Positions 1-7,904 are shown, numbered from the stretch's first letter. The stretch: DNA of 16,015 bases from an uncultured Alphaproteobacteria bacterium (GCA_944392815.1 CALXXY010000013.1:1-16015), one strand, 5' to 3'. The notes: generated from the sequence alone by a model not told the origin. Made by a program: numbers and translations.

Positions 1-18
1 TGATTGCGCCCCGTGCGA

Positions 19-1386
19 TTAATCCAATGTGCGTAAACTGATTTTATCATCGTCGACGATAACCAGTTTCCCAGATGTGACACCGAATTTGCGCGCAGAA
101 TTAAACGCGTCGCGCTGGGCAAATAAATCTGTGTCATATACCGGGAACACCCCACGCAACAGGCACAGTTGATTTGCTATCACGCGTTCGCTGCATACGG
201 CAACGATTGGAATGTCTGGTTTGCGGCATGAAATTTGCATGGCGGCGGTTGTATCACGCGCAAACACAACAATTGCAGACGCACGATTTAAATACGCCAT
301 GGACGCCACACTGCGTGACCAATCGTTTTCAGGAATATTTTCCACACGCGACCAATCAAACGGGTTGGCTATGGCGTCGCCGTCGGCATAGGATAATATT
401 TTATCCATTGTTTCAATCACATTAACTGGATTGATACCGATGGTTGTTTCTTCGGACGTCATGGTGGAATCCGCACGCAGATATGCCGCATTTGCAACGT
501 CTGTGATTTCTGCGCGTGTTGGGAATTCGCTGTTGACCATGGTGCCCAACATTTGCGTCGCCATAATGACAGGTTTATTCATTTTGCGGCATTCACGAAT
601 AATATGGCGCGAAATAGCGGGGACGTGATCAAACGGAACCTCTACGGCCAGGTCGCCACGCGCAATCATTATTCCGTCGGCCGCGGCGGCAATGTCTGTG
701 ATACGTTCAACTGCGTGCGGGCGTTCTATTTTCGCGATAATCTTTATCGGGTGCGATGTGCGCGCGGTGATGAAATCGCGAACCTCGGCAATATCTTCGG
801 GGCGTTGGACGAACGAAATGGCGACCCAGTCGGGTTCCTTGGTAATTGCGTATTCCAAATCCGCCCTGTCTTTGGCAGTTAATACAGGTGTATCGATTTC
901 TGTGTCCGGCAAATTAAATCCGCGGCGCGACCAGATTTCATTTCCACGCACCACCGTGGCCACGATTTTATCGGGCGACACAGAATCCACTGTCATTTCG
1001 ATTTTGCCGTCGTTTAACAAAATTCTGTCGCCGACATGCAAAGATTTCATTACGTCCGCATCAGGCAACTGGACACGTGTGCCGTCGCCCGGCGTTGGGT
1101 CGGAATCAAATGTAAATTTCTGGCCCGGGGTTAGTGAATATTTATCTTCGGTGGCGAAATTGCCGATACGGTGTTTTGGGCCCTGCAAATCAATCATGAC
1201 CGCCACAGGCGTGTGCAATTCCGATGATATTTTCCGAATTAAATCGATTTTTTTACCCTGGGTATCGCCGGTGTCGTGGCTGAAATTCAGGCGACACATG
1301 TTCACACCCGCCGCAATCATTTGTTTTAATGTTTTTTTATCTTCGCATTTGGGGCCAATCGAGGCCGTTATTTTTGTAAATCTCAT
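19..1386 (-). CDS. pyk: Pyruvate kinase (455 aa)
   Basis: PK motifs TKITASIGP, RLNFSH, DLQGPK, AISFVQ, IIAKIE, IMIARGDLAVE, ATQML, PTRAE. AGGA RBS upstream on the minus strand. Confidence 0.96.
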   Translation of the reverse strand: MRFTKITASIGPKCEDKKTLKQMIAAGVNMCRLNFSHDTGDTQGKKIDLIRKISSELHTPVAVMIDLQGPKHRIGNFATEDKYSLTPGQKFTFDSDPTPGDGTRVQLPDADVMKSLHVGDRILLNDGKIEMTVDSVSPDKIVATVVRGNEIWSRRGFNLPDTEIDTPVLTAKDRADLEYAITKEPDWVAISFVQRPEDIAEVRDFITARTSHPIKIIAKIERPHAVERITDIAAAADGIMIARGDLAVEVPFDHVPAISRHIIRECRKMNKPVIMATQMLGTMVNSEFPTRAEITDVANAAYLRADSTMTSEETTIGINPVNVIETMDKILSYADGDAIANPFDWSRVENIPENDWSRSVASMAYLNRASAIVVFARDTTAAMQISCRKPDIPIVAVCSERVIANQLCLLRGVFPVYDTDLFAQRDAFNSARKFGVTSGKLVIVDDDKISLRTLD

Positions 1387-1470
1387 ATTAAATCCTGTAT
1401 ATGTTATGACTTGATTTTTTCGATTTATGATATATCATATGTTGCGTCAAAAAACAAGGGGAAAACAGCA

Positions 1471-1719
1471 ATGAAAAACGCAAATCACGGTGCAATTGAT
1501 AACCAACAATTGTTAAGCATTATCGAAAGAATTGAAAAATTGAACGAGGATTCTGCCGCTATCGCTGCTGATATCAAAGAGATTTATAGCGAGGCCAAAT
1601 CCGCGGGTTTCGATCCGAAATATATTCGTCAAATGATACGGTTGCGCAAACTGGATCCAGATGAATTGGACGAAGCCGATGAATTAACACAAATGTATCG
1701 CAACGCGTTGGGGTTGTGA
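1471..1719 (+). CDS. gapR: DUF2312/GapR-like nucleoid-associated DNA-binding protein (82 aa)
   Basis: QLLSIIERIEKL...DIKEIYSEAKSAGFDPKYIRQMIRLRK...MYRNALGL matches the DUF2312 (UPF0335) pattern. ATG at 1471 with AAGGGG RBS is preferred over the TTG at 1411. Confidence 0.9.
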   Translation: MKNANHGAIDNQQLLSIIERIEKLNEDSAAIAADIKEIYSEAKSAGFDPKYIRQMIRLRKLDPDELDEADELTQMYRNALGL

Positions 1720-2033
1720 TGAAACAATTCACCAAACGGGTTGAAAATTTTGTCTGTGCGCATTGTGGTGCACATGTTCAGGGCAATGGGTATACCAACC
1801 ATTGCCCCAATTGTTTGTGGTCGCGCCATGTGGACAATACACCCGGCGACCGGGCGGCTGGGTGCGGCGGTATGATGCGCCCGATTGCCGTGGAAAAATC
1901 TGGCGACGGTTTTATTATCACCCACAGGTGTGAATCATGCGGCAAAACAATGCGTCAACATGCCGCTGATAATGACAATATGGACGAAATTATAAAACTG
2001 ACCGTCGACAATTCATTTATTTTTGGGAAATAA
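1719..2033 (+). CDS. RNHCP-domain zinc-ribbon protein (104 aa)
   Basis: FVCAHCG...YTNHCPNCLWSRHVDNTPGDRAAGCGGMMRP...HRCESCG...DND is the RNHCP domain layout. The start overlaps the gapR stop (TGATG, 1717-1721). Confidence 0.88.
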   Translation: MKQFTKRVENFVCAHCGAHVQGNGYTNHCPNCLWSRHVDNTPGDRAAGCGGMMRPIAVEKSGDGFIITHRCESCGKTMRQHAADNDNMDEIIKLTVDNSFIFGK

Positions 2034-2058
2034 AATCCCGGGAATTCCCGGGATTTTA
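2031..2058. terminator. Bidirectional intrinsic terminator between the convergent RNHCP gene and pyrG
   Basis: Perfect 28-bp palindrome TAAAATCCCGGGAATTCCCGGGATTTTA with T-runs on both strands. Confidence 0.85.
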
Positions 2059-3633
2059 ATTTGTGCCGTGTTTGGCCGCCGCCGCAATAAATGCGTTGAA
2101 CATCGGGTGGCCGGTGTATGGGCTGGATTGAAATTCAGGGTGAAATTGTCCAGCAATGAAAAATGGGTGAGTTTTCAATTCGATTATTTCAGGCAAACGA
2201 CCATCTGGACTGCGGCCTGATATCACCATGCCGGCGGCGTCAAACTTATCGGCGAATGATATATCCATTTCGTATCTGTGGCGGTGACGTTCGGAAATTC
2301 TGTCTGTGCCATAGATTTTGTGCGCCAATGTATTCGGCGAAATCACGCATGGATATGCACCCAACCGCAACGTACCGCCCATATTTTCAGCGTTGTGGTC
2401 GGGCATGATATTTATCACCGGCGTGCAATTTTTCGCAAATTCGATGGAATCAGCGTCCGAAATGCCCAATACATTGCGTGCAAATTCAATAACCGCCACC
2501 TGCATGCCCAGACAAATTCCCATGTATGGGGTGCCTGTTTCACGCGCGTATCCTGCGGCGGCGATTTTACCGGCAACGCCACGCGTGCCGAATCCGCCAG
2601 GCACCAATATTCCGTCCAGACCCGTCGCTGCGTCGGGCGTGAAATGTTCTGCGTTTATTTTGACTAAATCCACATGCACACTGTTTTGAATGCCGGCGTG
2701 GAATAATGCCTCGTTCAAAGATTTATATGCGTCGGGCACGTCGAAATATTTTCCGACTATGCCGATTTTTACATGCGGTAAATCCGCGGCCAGATAGTGT
2801 TCTATTTTCTGGAATTTATCCATATTGCCGACAGCGTTTGGTAAATCAAAATGGTCTGCGATTATGTCAAATACATGTTGGGCATCGTATGCCAACGGGA
2901 TTTTGTAAATGTTATCCACATCAATCCCACTGATTACATTTTTCGCAGGCAAATTACAAAACATTCCGATTTTGGCGCGTTCATCAGGCGTCAATATGCG
3001 CGGGGTGCGCACGATTAACATGTCCGCCTGAATCCCGTTTTCCAGCAATTCGCGCACAGACATTTGTGTGGGCTTGGTTTTTAATTCACCACTTTTTTCC
3101 AAATACGGTGCCAAAGTCAAATGCACAAACATAACGTTTTTACGTCCAACGTCATTGGCAAATTGACGAATTGATTCCAGGAATATTTTCCCTTCGATAT
3201 CGCCGACGGTGCCGCCGATTTCGCACACAACAAAATCTGTATTTGTTGGGGCGGCGATGTATTCTTTGATTTTATTACTGACGTGCGGAATCATTTGAAC
3301 CGTCGCCCCCAGGTAATCGCCACGACGTTCGGCGTTCAATACGTCCCAATAAATGCGCCCGCCAGACACCGAATCATTGCGCGTCAGGTGCGCCCCCAGA
3401 AAACGTTCGTAATATCCTAAATCCAAATCGGTTTCAAATCCGTCATTTGTCACGTACACTTCGCCATGTTGAAACGGCGACATAGTGCCGGGATCTATGT
3501 TCAAATACGGGTCAAATTTGCGCGCATGCACAGTATACCCACGCGATTGAAGAAGGGCGCCACAACTTGCCGCTGCGACGCCCTTGCCCAAACTGGAAAC
3601 AACACCACCGGTGATGAAAATGTATTTAGCCAT
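2056..3633 (-). CDS. pyrG: CTP synthase (525 aa)
   Basis: MAKYIFITGGVVSSLGKG, KFDPYLNIDPGTMSPFQHGEV, GICLGMQ, ERHRHRYE, QFHPEF. Start set at ATG 3633 because of the AGGAGG RBS (3643-3648) and the canonical N-terminus. Confidence 0.98.
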   Translation of the reverse strand: MAKYIFITGGVVSSLGKGVAAASCGALLQSRGYTVHARKFDPYLNIDPGTMSPFQHGEVYVTNDGFETDLDLGYYERFLGAHLTRNDSVSGGRIYWDVLNAERRGDYLGATVQMIPHVSNKIKEYIAAPTNTDFVVCEIGGTVGDIEGKIFLESIRQFANDVGRKNVMFVHLTLAPYLEKSGELKTKPTQMSVRELLENGIQADMLIVRTPRILTPDERAKIGMFCNLPAKNVISGIDVDNIYKIPLAYDAQHVFDIIADHFDLPNAVGNMDKFQKIEHYLAADLPHVKIGIVGKYFDVPDAYKSLNEALFHAGIQNSVHVDLVKINAEHFTPDAATGLDGILVPGGFGTRGVAGKIAAAGYARETGTPYMGICLGMQVAVIEFARNVLGISDADSIEFAKNCTPVINIMPDHNAENMGGTLRLGAYPCVISPNTLAHKIYGTDRISERHRHRYEMDISFADKFDAAGMVISGRSPDGRLPEIIELKTHPFFIAGQFHPEFQSSPYTGHPMFNAFIAAAAKHGTN

Positions 3634-3661
3634 AAGATTATGCCTCCTCTTATGGGCTTTC

Positions 3662-3690
3662 ATCATACGAAATTTTTCGTTGCGACGCAA
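3662..3690 (-). promoter_or_regulatory. Sigma70-type promoter of pyrG
   Basis: Minus strand TTGCGT (3690-3685), N17, TATGAT (3667-3662). Confidence 0.65.
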
Positions 3691-3707
3691 TAATAAATTC
3701 CTATACT
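3680..3707 (+). promoter_or_regulatory. Sigma70-type promoter of comEC, probably giving a leaderless mRNA
   Basis: TTGCGA (3680-3685), N16, TATACT (3702-3707), then 6 nt and the ATG at 3714. No SD sequence. Confidence 0.6.
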
Positions 3708-3713
3708 TTTGAT

Positions 3714-5654
3714 ATGCGGGAATTGTGGGAAAATCAATTTGGCAATTTGTTCCTGTGGGTGCCGTTTTTAATGGCGTTTGGCGCGGGATTGTATTTCAAC
3801 CTGGGGACGGAACCCAATATTATTTTATGCGTTATTGGATTTTTCACCAGTTTGATTTTCATATTGATTAAAACGTTTGTGCCGATTCGCGCTGTGGCAT
3901 GTTTTGTGTTTGGATTTTGTTGGGCGTGCGTGTTTACGCACTGTATAAACACGCCACAAATACCGCGTGATTTACATGGTGTTAATTTAACCGGCATTGT
4001 GGAAAACATCGATTACACCGCCGACAAAACCAGAATTTATTTAAAAACAAATTTATCGCACATCACCGACAGCGCACACGACGCAATTGTTCGCGTATCT
4101 GTAAATTCCAACATTCGCGTACCGAACATAGGCGACGAAATTAATATTCATGGTGGGCTGTATCGGCCGGCCGGGGCGGACGCGCCGGAATCATTCGATT
4201 ATGCGCGATGGGCATATTTTAATGGATTAACAGCAACTGGATATGCCAACAGTATCAAAATCGTTCATTCTAATCGCATCAGCGACATTACCACACTGCG
4301 CGACAATATTCATCGGGGCGCAAAGTCCTTTTTGGTTGATACACTGGTGTTGGGGTATAAAAATGCAGTACCCGATGATGACGCGCCAATATGGACCGCA
4401 ACTGGTGTCGGGCATGTTTGGTCAATCAGTGGATTTCACATCACACTGGTATCTGGGTGGTTGTTTGCGATATTTTATTTAATATTTCGATCAATTGGTC
4501 CATTGGTGCAACGCGTGCCTGCGCGAATACCAGCATTAATCTGTGCGTGGGTTGGGCTGCTGTTTTATCTGTTTTTATCAGGCAGCGACGTCGCAACCAT
4601 TCGCGCATTTATCATGACCAGTTTGGTTTTTCTGGCATTCATATGCGGGCGCAGTGCGATTTCTGTGCGCAATGTATGTTTGGCGTTTTGTATGATATTT
4701 TTCATGAATCCCCATTTTGTTATGCAACCAGGATTTCAATTGTCTTTTGCAGCAATTTTCGGACTGGTATGGTTGTGGTATGATGCGCGCCCAAAATTAC
4801 CACACAATAAAATTTTAAAAGTAATTTATACGGCTGTACTGACGTCAATTGTTGCGACTGTATTTACCGCGCCATTTGTGGTTATGCATTTTTATGATTT
4901 GCCGATTTATGGACTGATTGGGAATCTGGTTCTGTTGCCGGTGTTTTCAATCGCAATTATGCCGCTGATTATGATTGGCGTATTTACAAATATTTTTGGC
5001 TGGGCGTTTCCGATTGATTTTGCACATGACATATATTCGTTCTGTTTGAATGTTGGTCGGTGGATAGCAAACCTGCCGGCGGCCACGATTACTTTGCCAC
5101 ATATTCCAAACGTCGCAATGGTGTTTATTATTTTGGGATTTATATCAGTAATGTTTATTCGGCCTGTGCGAATTAAAATCAATTATATTTTGGGCGGCCT
5201 GTTTATAGGCATTGGTGTGGCAATTATCGTCACGTATCCGCGACCAATGTTTTATGCAACATATGACCATGAACTGGTTGCTTTTGTTAATGCAGATAAC
5301 AAACTGGAATTCAGCAAATCACGCGCGTCAAATCATTATTTTACTTTTGATACATGGAAACAATTAAACGGTGAAAATGCGGGCACCAAAAATATTCGCA
5401 GAAAACCTGTTGATGGAATATGGATATATGAAACAGAAAATTTCACTGTGGCATACATTCAAAAATATATGCCGCTGCAAAACAACATAGTACATTTATG
5501 CAATGACGAAAACATTGATTACATAGTATCGTATTTCAATGTCAACGCACCAAAATGTAATCACAAAATTTTGCGTGGTGGTTTTGTAATTTATCCAAAT
5601 GGACGTGTTAACTATGTTTCACGGTTGCGTCCATGGCATAATCCGCGCGAATAA
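3714..5654 (+). CDS. comEC: ComEC/Rec2 family DNA-uptake membrane protein (646 aa)
   Basis: N-terminal LFLWVP TM segments, OB-fold region ending PESFDYARW, competence-domain motifs TGVGHVWSISGFH, ATIRAFIM, PGFQLSFAA, GLIGNLV, and C-terminal RPWH. No HxHxDH beta-lactamase domain. Confidence 0.92.
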   Translation: MRELWENQFGNLFLWVPFLMAFGAGLYFNLGTEPNIILCVIGFFTSLIFILIKTFVPIRAVACFVFGFCWACVFTHCINTPQIPRDLHGVNLTGIVENIDYTADKTRIYLKTNLSHITDSAHDAIVRVSVNSNIRVPNIGDEINIHGGLYRPAGADAPESFDYARWAYFNGLTATGYANSIKIVHSNRISDITTLRDNIHRGAKSFLVDTLVLGYKNAVPDDDAPIWTATGVGHVWSISGFHITLVSGWLFAIFYLIFRSIGPLVQRVPARIPALICAWVGLLFYLFLSGSDVATIRAFIMTSLVFLAFICGRSAISVRNVCLAFCMIFFMNPHFVMQPGFQLSFAAIFGLVWLWYDARPKLPHNKILKVIYTAVLTSIVATVFTAPFVVMHFYDLPIYGLIGNLVLLPVFSIAIMPLIMIGVFTNIFGWAFPIDFAHDIYSFCLNVGRWIANLPAATITLPHIPNVAMVFIILGFISVMFIRPVRIKINYILGGLFIGIGVAIIVTYPRPMFYATYDHELVAFVNADNKLEFSKSRASNHYFTFDTWKQLNGENAGTKNIRRKPVDGIWIYETENFTVAYIQKYMPLQNNIVHLCNDENIDYIVSYFNVNAPKCNHKILRGGFVIYPNGRVNYVSRLRPWHNPRE

Positions 5655-6366
5655 AATATAATCCAGCCGCAGGCGCAGTTGGTCCGGCCGCGCTGCGATT
5701 ATGCGCGTTGAAAATTTCGTCTATGTCATATGTTTTGCCCAATCCGATTTCGACCAAAGTGCCAACCATATTGCGAACCATATGATGTAAAAATGAACGC
5801 GCTGAAAATTCAAATACTATCAAATCACCACGCTGGGTTATTTTGCATTCGTCCAAAGTTTTTATCGGACTTTTGGCCTGGCACTGGGTGGCGCGAAAAC
5901 TGGTAAAATCATGATGGCCAACTAATTTTTTTGCCGCACGCCGCATGGCCGTGACGTTCAATTTGCGCGGCACCCACCATACGCGATTTTTATCCAACGT
6001 TGGCGCGGAACTGCGATTTAAAACAATGTATTTATAATGACGCGCGGCACACGAAAAACGCGCGTTAAAATCGTCCAACACAATTTCACAATCCAACACG
6101 ACCACAGGCGTATCTGTTAAATAAAAATTTATCGCACGCATAACTGTATCCGCCGGACGCGCCACGTCCAAATCAAAATGCGCGGTCATCGCAACCGCAT
6201 GCACACCCGCGTCCGTGCGGCCGGCCGCCACAATATCAGGGCGCGCACCACAAAATTTTTCAATCGCGTCCAATAACAAAGATTGCACAGATGTCCCCTG
6301 GTGATTCTGTTGCCAACCAATTAAATCCGTACCATCGTATTCAAGAGTTATTTTATACCGCGTCAT
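5608..6366 (-). CDS. truA: tRNA pseudouridine(38-40) synthase TruA (252 aa)
   Basis: LEYDGT..GWQ, AGRTDAGVHA, FNARFS, GHHDFTSFR, SFLHHMVRNMVG, AGPTAPAAGLY. Confidence 0.97.
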   Translation of the reverse strand: MTRYKITLEYDGTDLIGWQQNHQGTSVQSLLLDAIEKFCGARPDIVAAGRTDAGVHAVAMTAHFDLDVARPADTVMRAINFYLTDTPVVVLDCEIVLDDFNARFSCAARHYKYIVLNRSSAPTLDKNRVWWVPRKLNVTAMRRAAKKLVGHHDFTSFRATQCQAKSPIKTLDECKITQRGDLIVFEFSARSFLHHMVRNMVGTLVEIGLGKTYDIDEIFNAHNRSAAGPTAPAAGLYFIRADYAMDATVKHS

Positions 6367-6549
6367 TTATCGCCCCAAACATTTATCGCATTTAGTTTTT
6401 TCAAACGTGTCCATAATCAATGATTGCATACGCGCATATGTTTTACAACTGTGACAATGTGACCCAAAACACCCCAAGCATTCGCATTTACCAAAATCAT
6501 TATGAACAGATAATTTTACATGCGCGTGCCACAATCCACAAAACTGCAT
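6367..6549 (-). CDS. Small Cys/His-rich hypothetical protein (60 aa), putative metal-binding
   Basis: Exactly fills the fmt-truA gap: ATG 2 nt after the fmt stop with a GGGGA RBS, and TAA abutting the truA ATG. Eight Cys (CxCxxC, CxxC, CxxC plus one) and 5 His. Confidence 0.7.
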   Translation of the reverse strand: MQFCGLWHAHVKLSVHNDFGKCECLGCFGSHCHSCKTYARMQSLIMDTFEKTKCDKCLGR

Positions 6550-6551
6550 TT

Positions 6552-7358
6552 TTATTCCCCGAATTTTATTTCTGCGCCATGCAGACCATTTACAAAACTG
6601 CGCCAATCCATGGGGCGTTTGCCGGCGGGCTGAATCATGATGATTTTCAGTTCATCGTTTTCCACGCGCGTTTCCAGAATCTTTACATCTGTCCCGTTGA
6701 TTTTTGTACGCCCCGCCCCCAATGCACGAATTTGATTGTGGATTTCACGCGCGCTGCGGTGCCAATCAATTATTTCGTCGGCACCTGTAAATTTACGCGT
6801 ATATGTCGGTGTGCCGATTTGTGGTGTTGGCGCATACCCGGACGGATTCGATAAATATTCCACCAACATTTCCGCACCGATTTTGGATACAATGCGTTCA
6901 ATATCTGAATTTGTATCGTTTTCGCCGATACCAAATTCGCGACGCATATATACATCGCCTGCATCCATTTCAGCCGTGACTTGCATTAAACAGACCGCTG
7001 ATTTTTCATCGCCGTTATAAATCGCAGTACGTATTGGCGATGGCCCGCGATAGCGCGGTAAATCACTGGGGTGAATATTTATACATGGTGCAGACGACAA
7101 AACATTATCGCGCAAAATCACCCCGTATGACGCAACCACAATCATATCAGGCGAAAAATTATAATCCCTAATATTTGTGTACACAGGCAACCCGCGGGCG
7201 TTCGCCCAATCATGCACAGGCGACGGGGTTAAAATTTGTTTGCGTCCCGCGGGGCGTGGGGCACGAGTAAACACCGCCATGATTTCATGACCTGCATTTA
7301 ATATCGCGTCAAACATAGGCACTACAAAATCATTTGTGCCCATCAGTACAATTTTCAT
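6552..7358 (-). CDS. fmt: Methionyl-tRNA formyltransferase (268 aa, compact)
   Basis: MKIVLMGTNDF, VVASYGVIL, INIHPSDLPRYRGPSPI, MDAGD, IDW, QIRAL, QPAGKRPM. Lies downstream of def with an ATGA overlap. Confidence 0.95.
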   Translation of the reverse strand: MKIVLMGTNDFVVPMFDAILNAGHEIMAVFTRAPRPAGRKQILTPSPVHDWANARGLPVYTNIRDYNFSPDMIVVASYGVILRDNVLSSAPCINIHPSDLPRYRGPSPIRTAIYNGDEKSAVCLMQVTAEMDAGDVYMRREFGIGENDTNSDIERIVSKIGAEMLVEYLSNPSGYAPTPQIGTPTYTRKFTGADEIIDWHRSAREIHNQIRALGAGRTKINGTDVKILETRVENDELKIIMIQPAGKRPMDWRSFVNGLHGAEIKFGE

Positions 7359-7855
7359 TTGTGTTTCCGAACCTTTCGCATGACCATTTCACGCCGCACA
7401 GGCGACAGATAATCAATGAACAACACACCGTCCAGATGATCTGTTTCATGTTGAACTATACGCGCCGGCAATCCAGACATTTTTGCCGCCAAATGCTGGC
7501 CATGTTCGTCCGTCCATTCCACATCAACCGCGGCAGGCCGCGTGACATTGGCATACACCGGCAAATCATCGGGCCCCAGAACGGACAAGCAGCCCTCTTC
7601 CATAGTGCAGGTATCTGTGCTGCGGGTTATGATTTTTGGGTTAATCATTTTGAATACTGTTTCGGTGTCTGGATCCATCATGACCAGAAAACGTTTTAAA
7701 TGTCCAACCTGGGGCGCGGCCAGGCCAACCCCATTTTGATCACGCATCATGCCGACCATTTCATTCATAATATCCAAAACATCGGGCGTGATTTCCGTGA
7801 CAGGTTCACATTTTTCACGCAAAATCAAATCACCACAAAGTTTCATTTGCAACAT
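7355..7855 (-). CDS. def: Peptide deformylase (166 aa)
   Basis: All three PDF motifs: GVGLAAPQVG, EGCLS, QHETDHLDG. Confidence 0.97.
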   Translation of the reverse strand: MLQMKLCGDLILREKCEPVTEITPDVLDIMNEMVGMMRDQNGVGLAAPQVGHLKRFLVMMDPDTETVFKMINPKIITRSTDTCTMEEGCLSVLGPDDLPVYANVTRPAAVDVEWTDEHGQHLAAKMSGLPARIVQHETDHLDGVLFIDYLSPVRREMVMRKVRKHK

Positions 7856-7874
7856 ATATAAATCCTTTTATAAT
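7847..7874 (+). promoter_or_regulatory. Sigma70-type promoter of rmuC
   Basis: TTGCAA (7847-7852), N16, TATAAT (7869-7874). AAAGGA RBS at 7885-7890. Confidence 0.6.
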
Positions 7875-7876
7875 GG

Positions 7877-7904
7877 ATTTTATCAAAGGATTGGGAAATG
7901 ACAA
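7877..7904 (-). promoter_or_regulatory. Sigma70-type promoter of the def-fmt-orf-truA operon
   Basis: Minus strand TTGTCA (7904-7899), N16, TAAAAT (7882-7877). AAAGGA RBS before the def ATG. Confidence 0.55.

Noticed and set aside
692-1414. 240-aa plus-strand ORF, and similar long antisense ORFs such as 10456-11187, 12014-12565, 12896-13480, 13423-14022 and 15295-15801
   Set aside because: Shadow ORFs on the opposite strand of well-supported genes, with no recognisable motifs or RBS.
3634-3661. Bacillus-type pyrG reiterative-transcription attenuator or a riboswitch
   Set aside because: No GGGC start and no terminator or antiterminator in the very short leader.
3634-3690. 19-aa N-terminal extension of PyrG, and likewise the longer starts at 1411, 6606 and 10297
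   Set aside because: Downstream ATGs have clear SD sequences and, for the known families, canonical N-termini; the extensions run over promoters, terminators or neighbouring genes.
6420-6854. 144-aa plus-strand ORF across the fmt-truA gap
   Set aside because: Mostly antisense to fmt with a TTG start; the co-oriented 60-aa ORF fits the gap and operon junctions far better.
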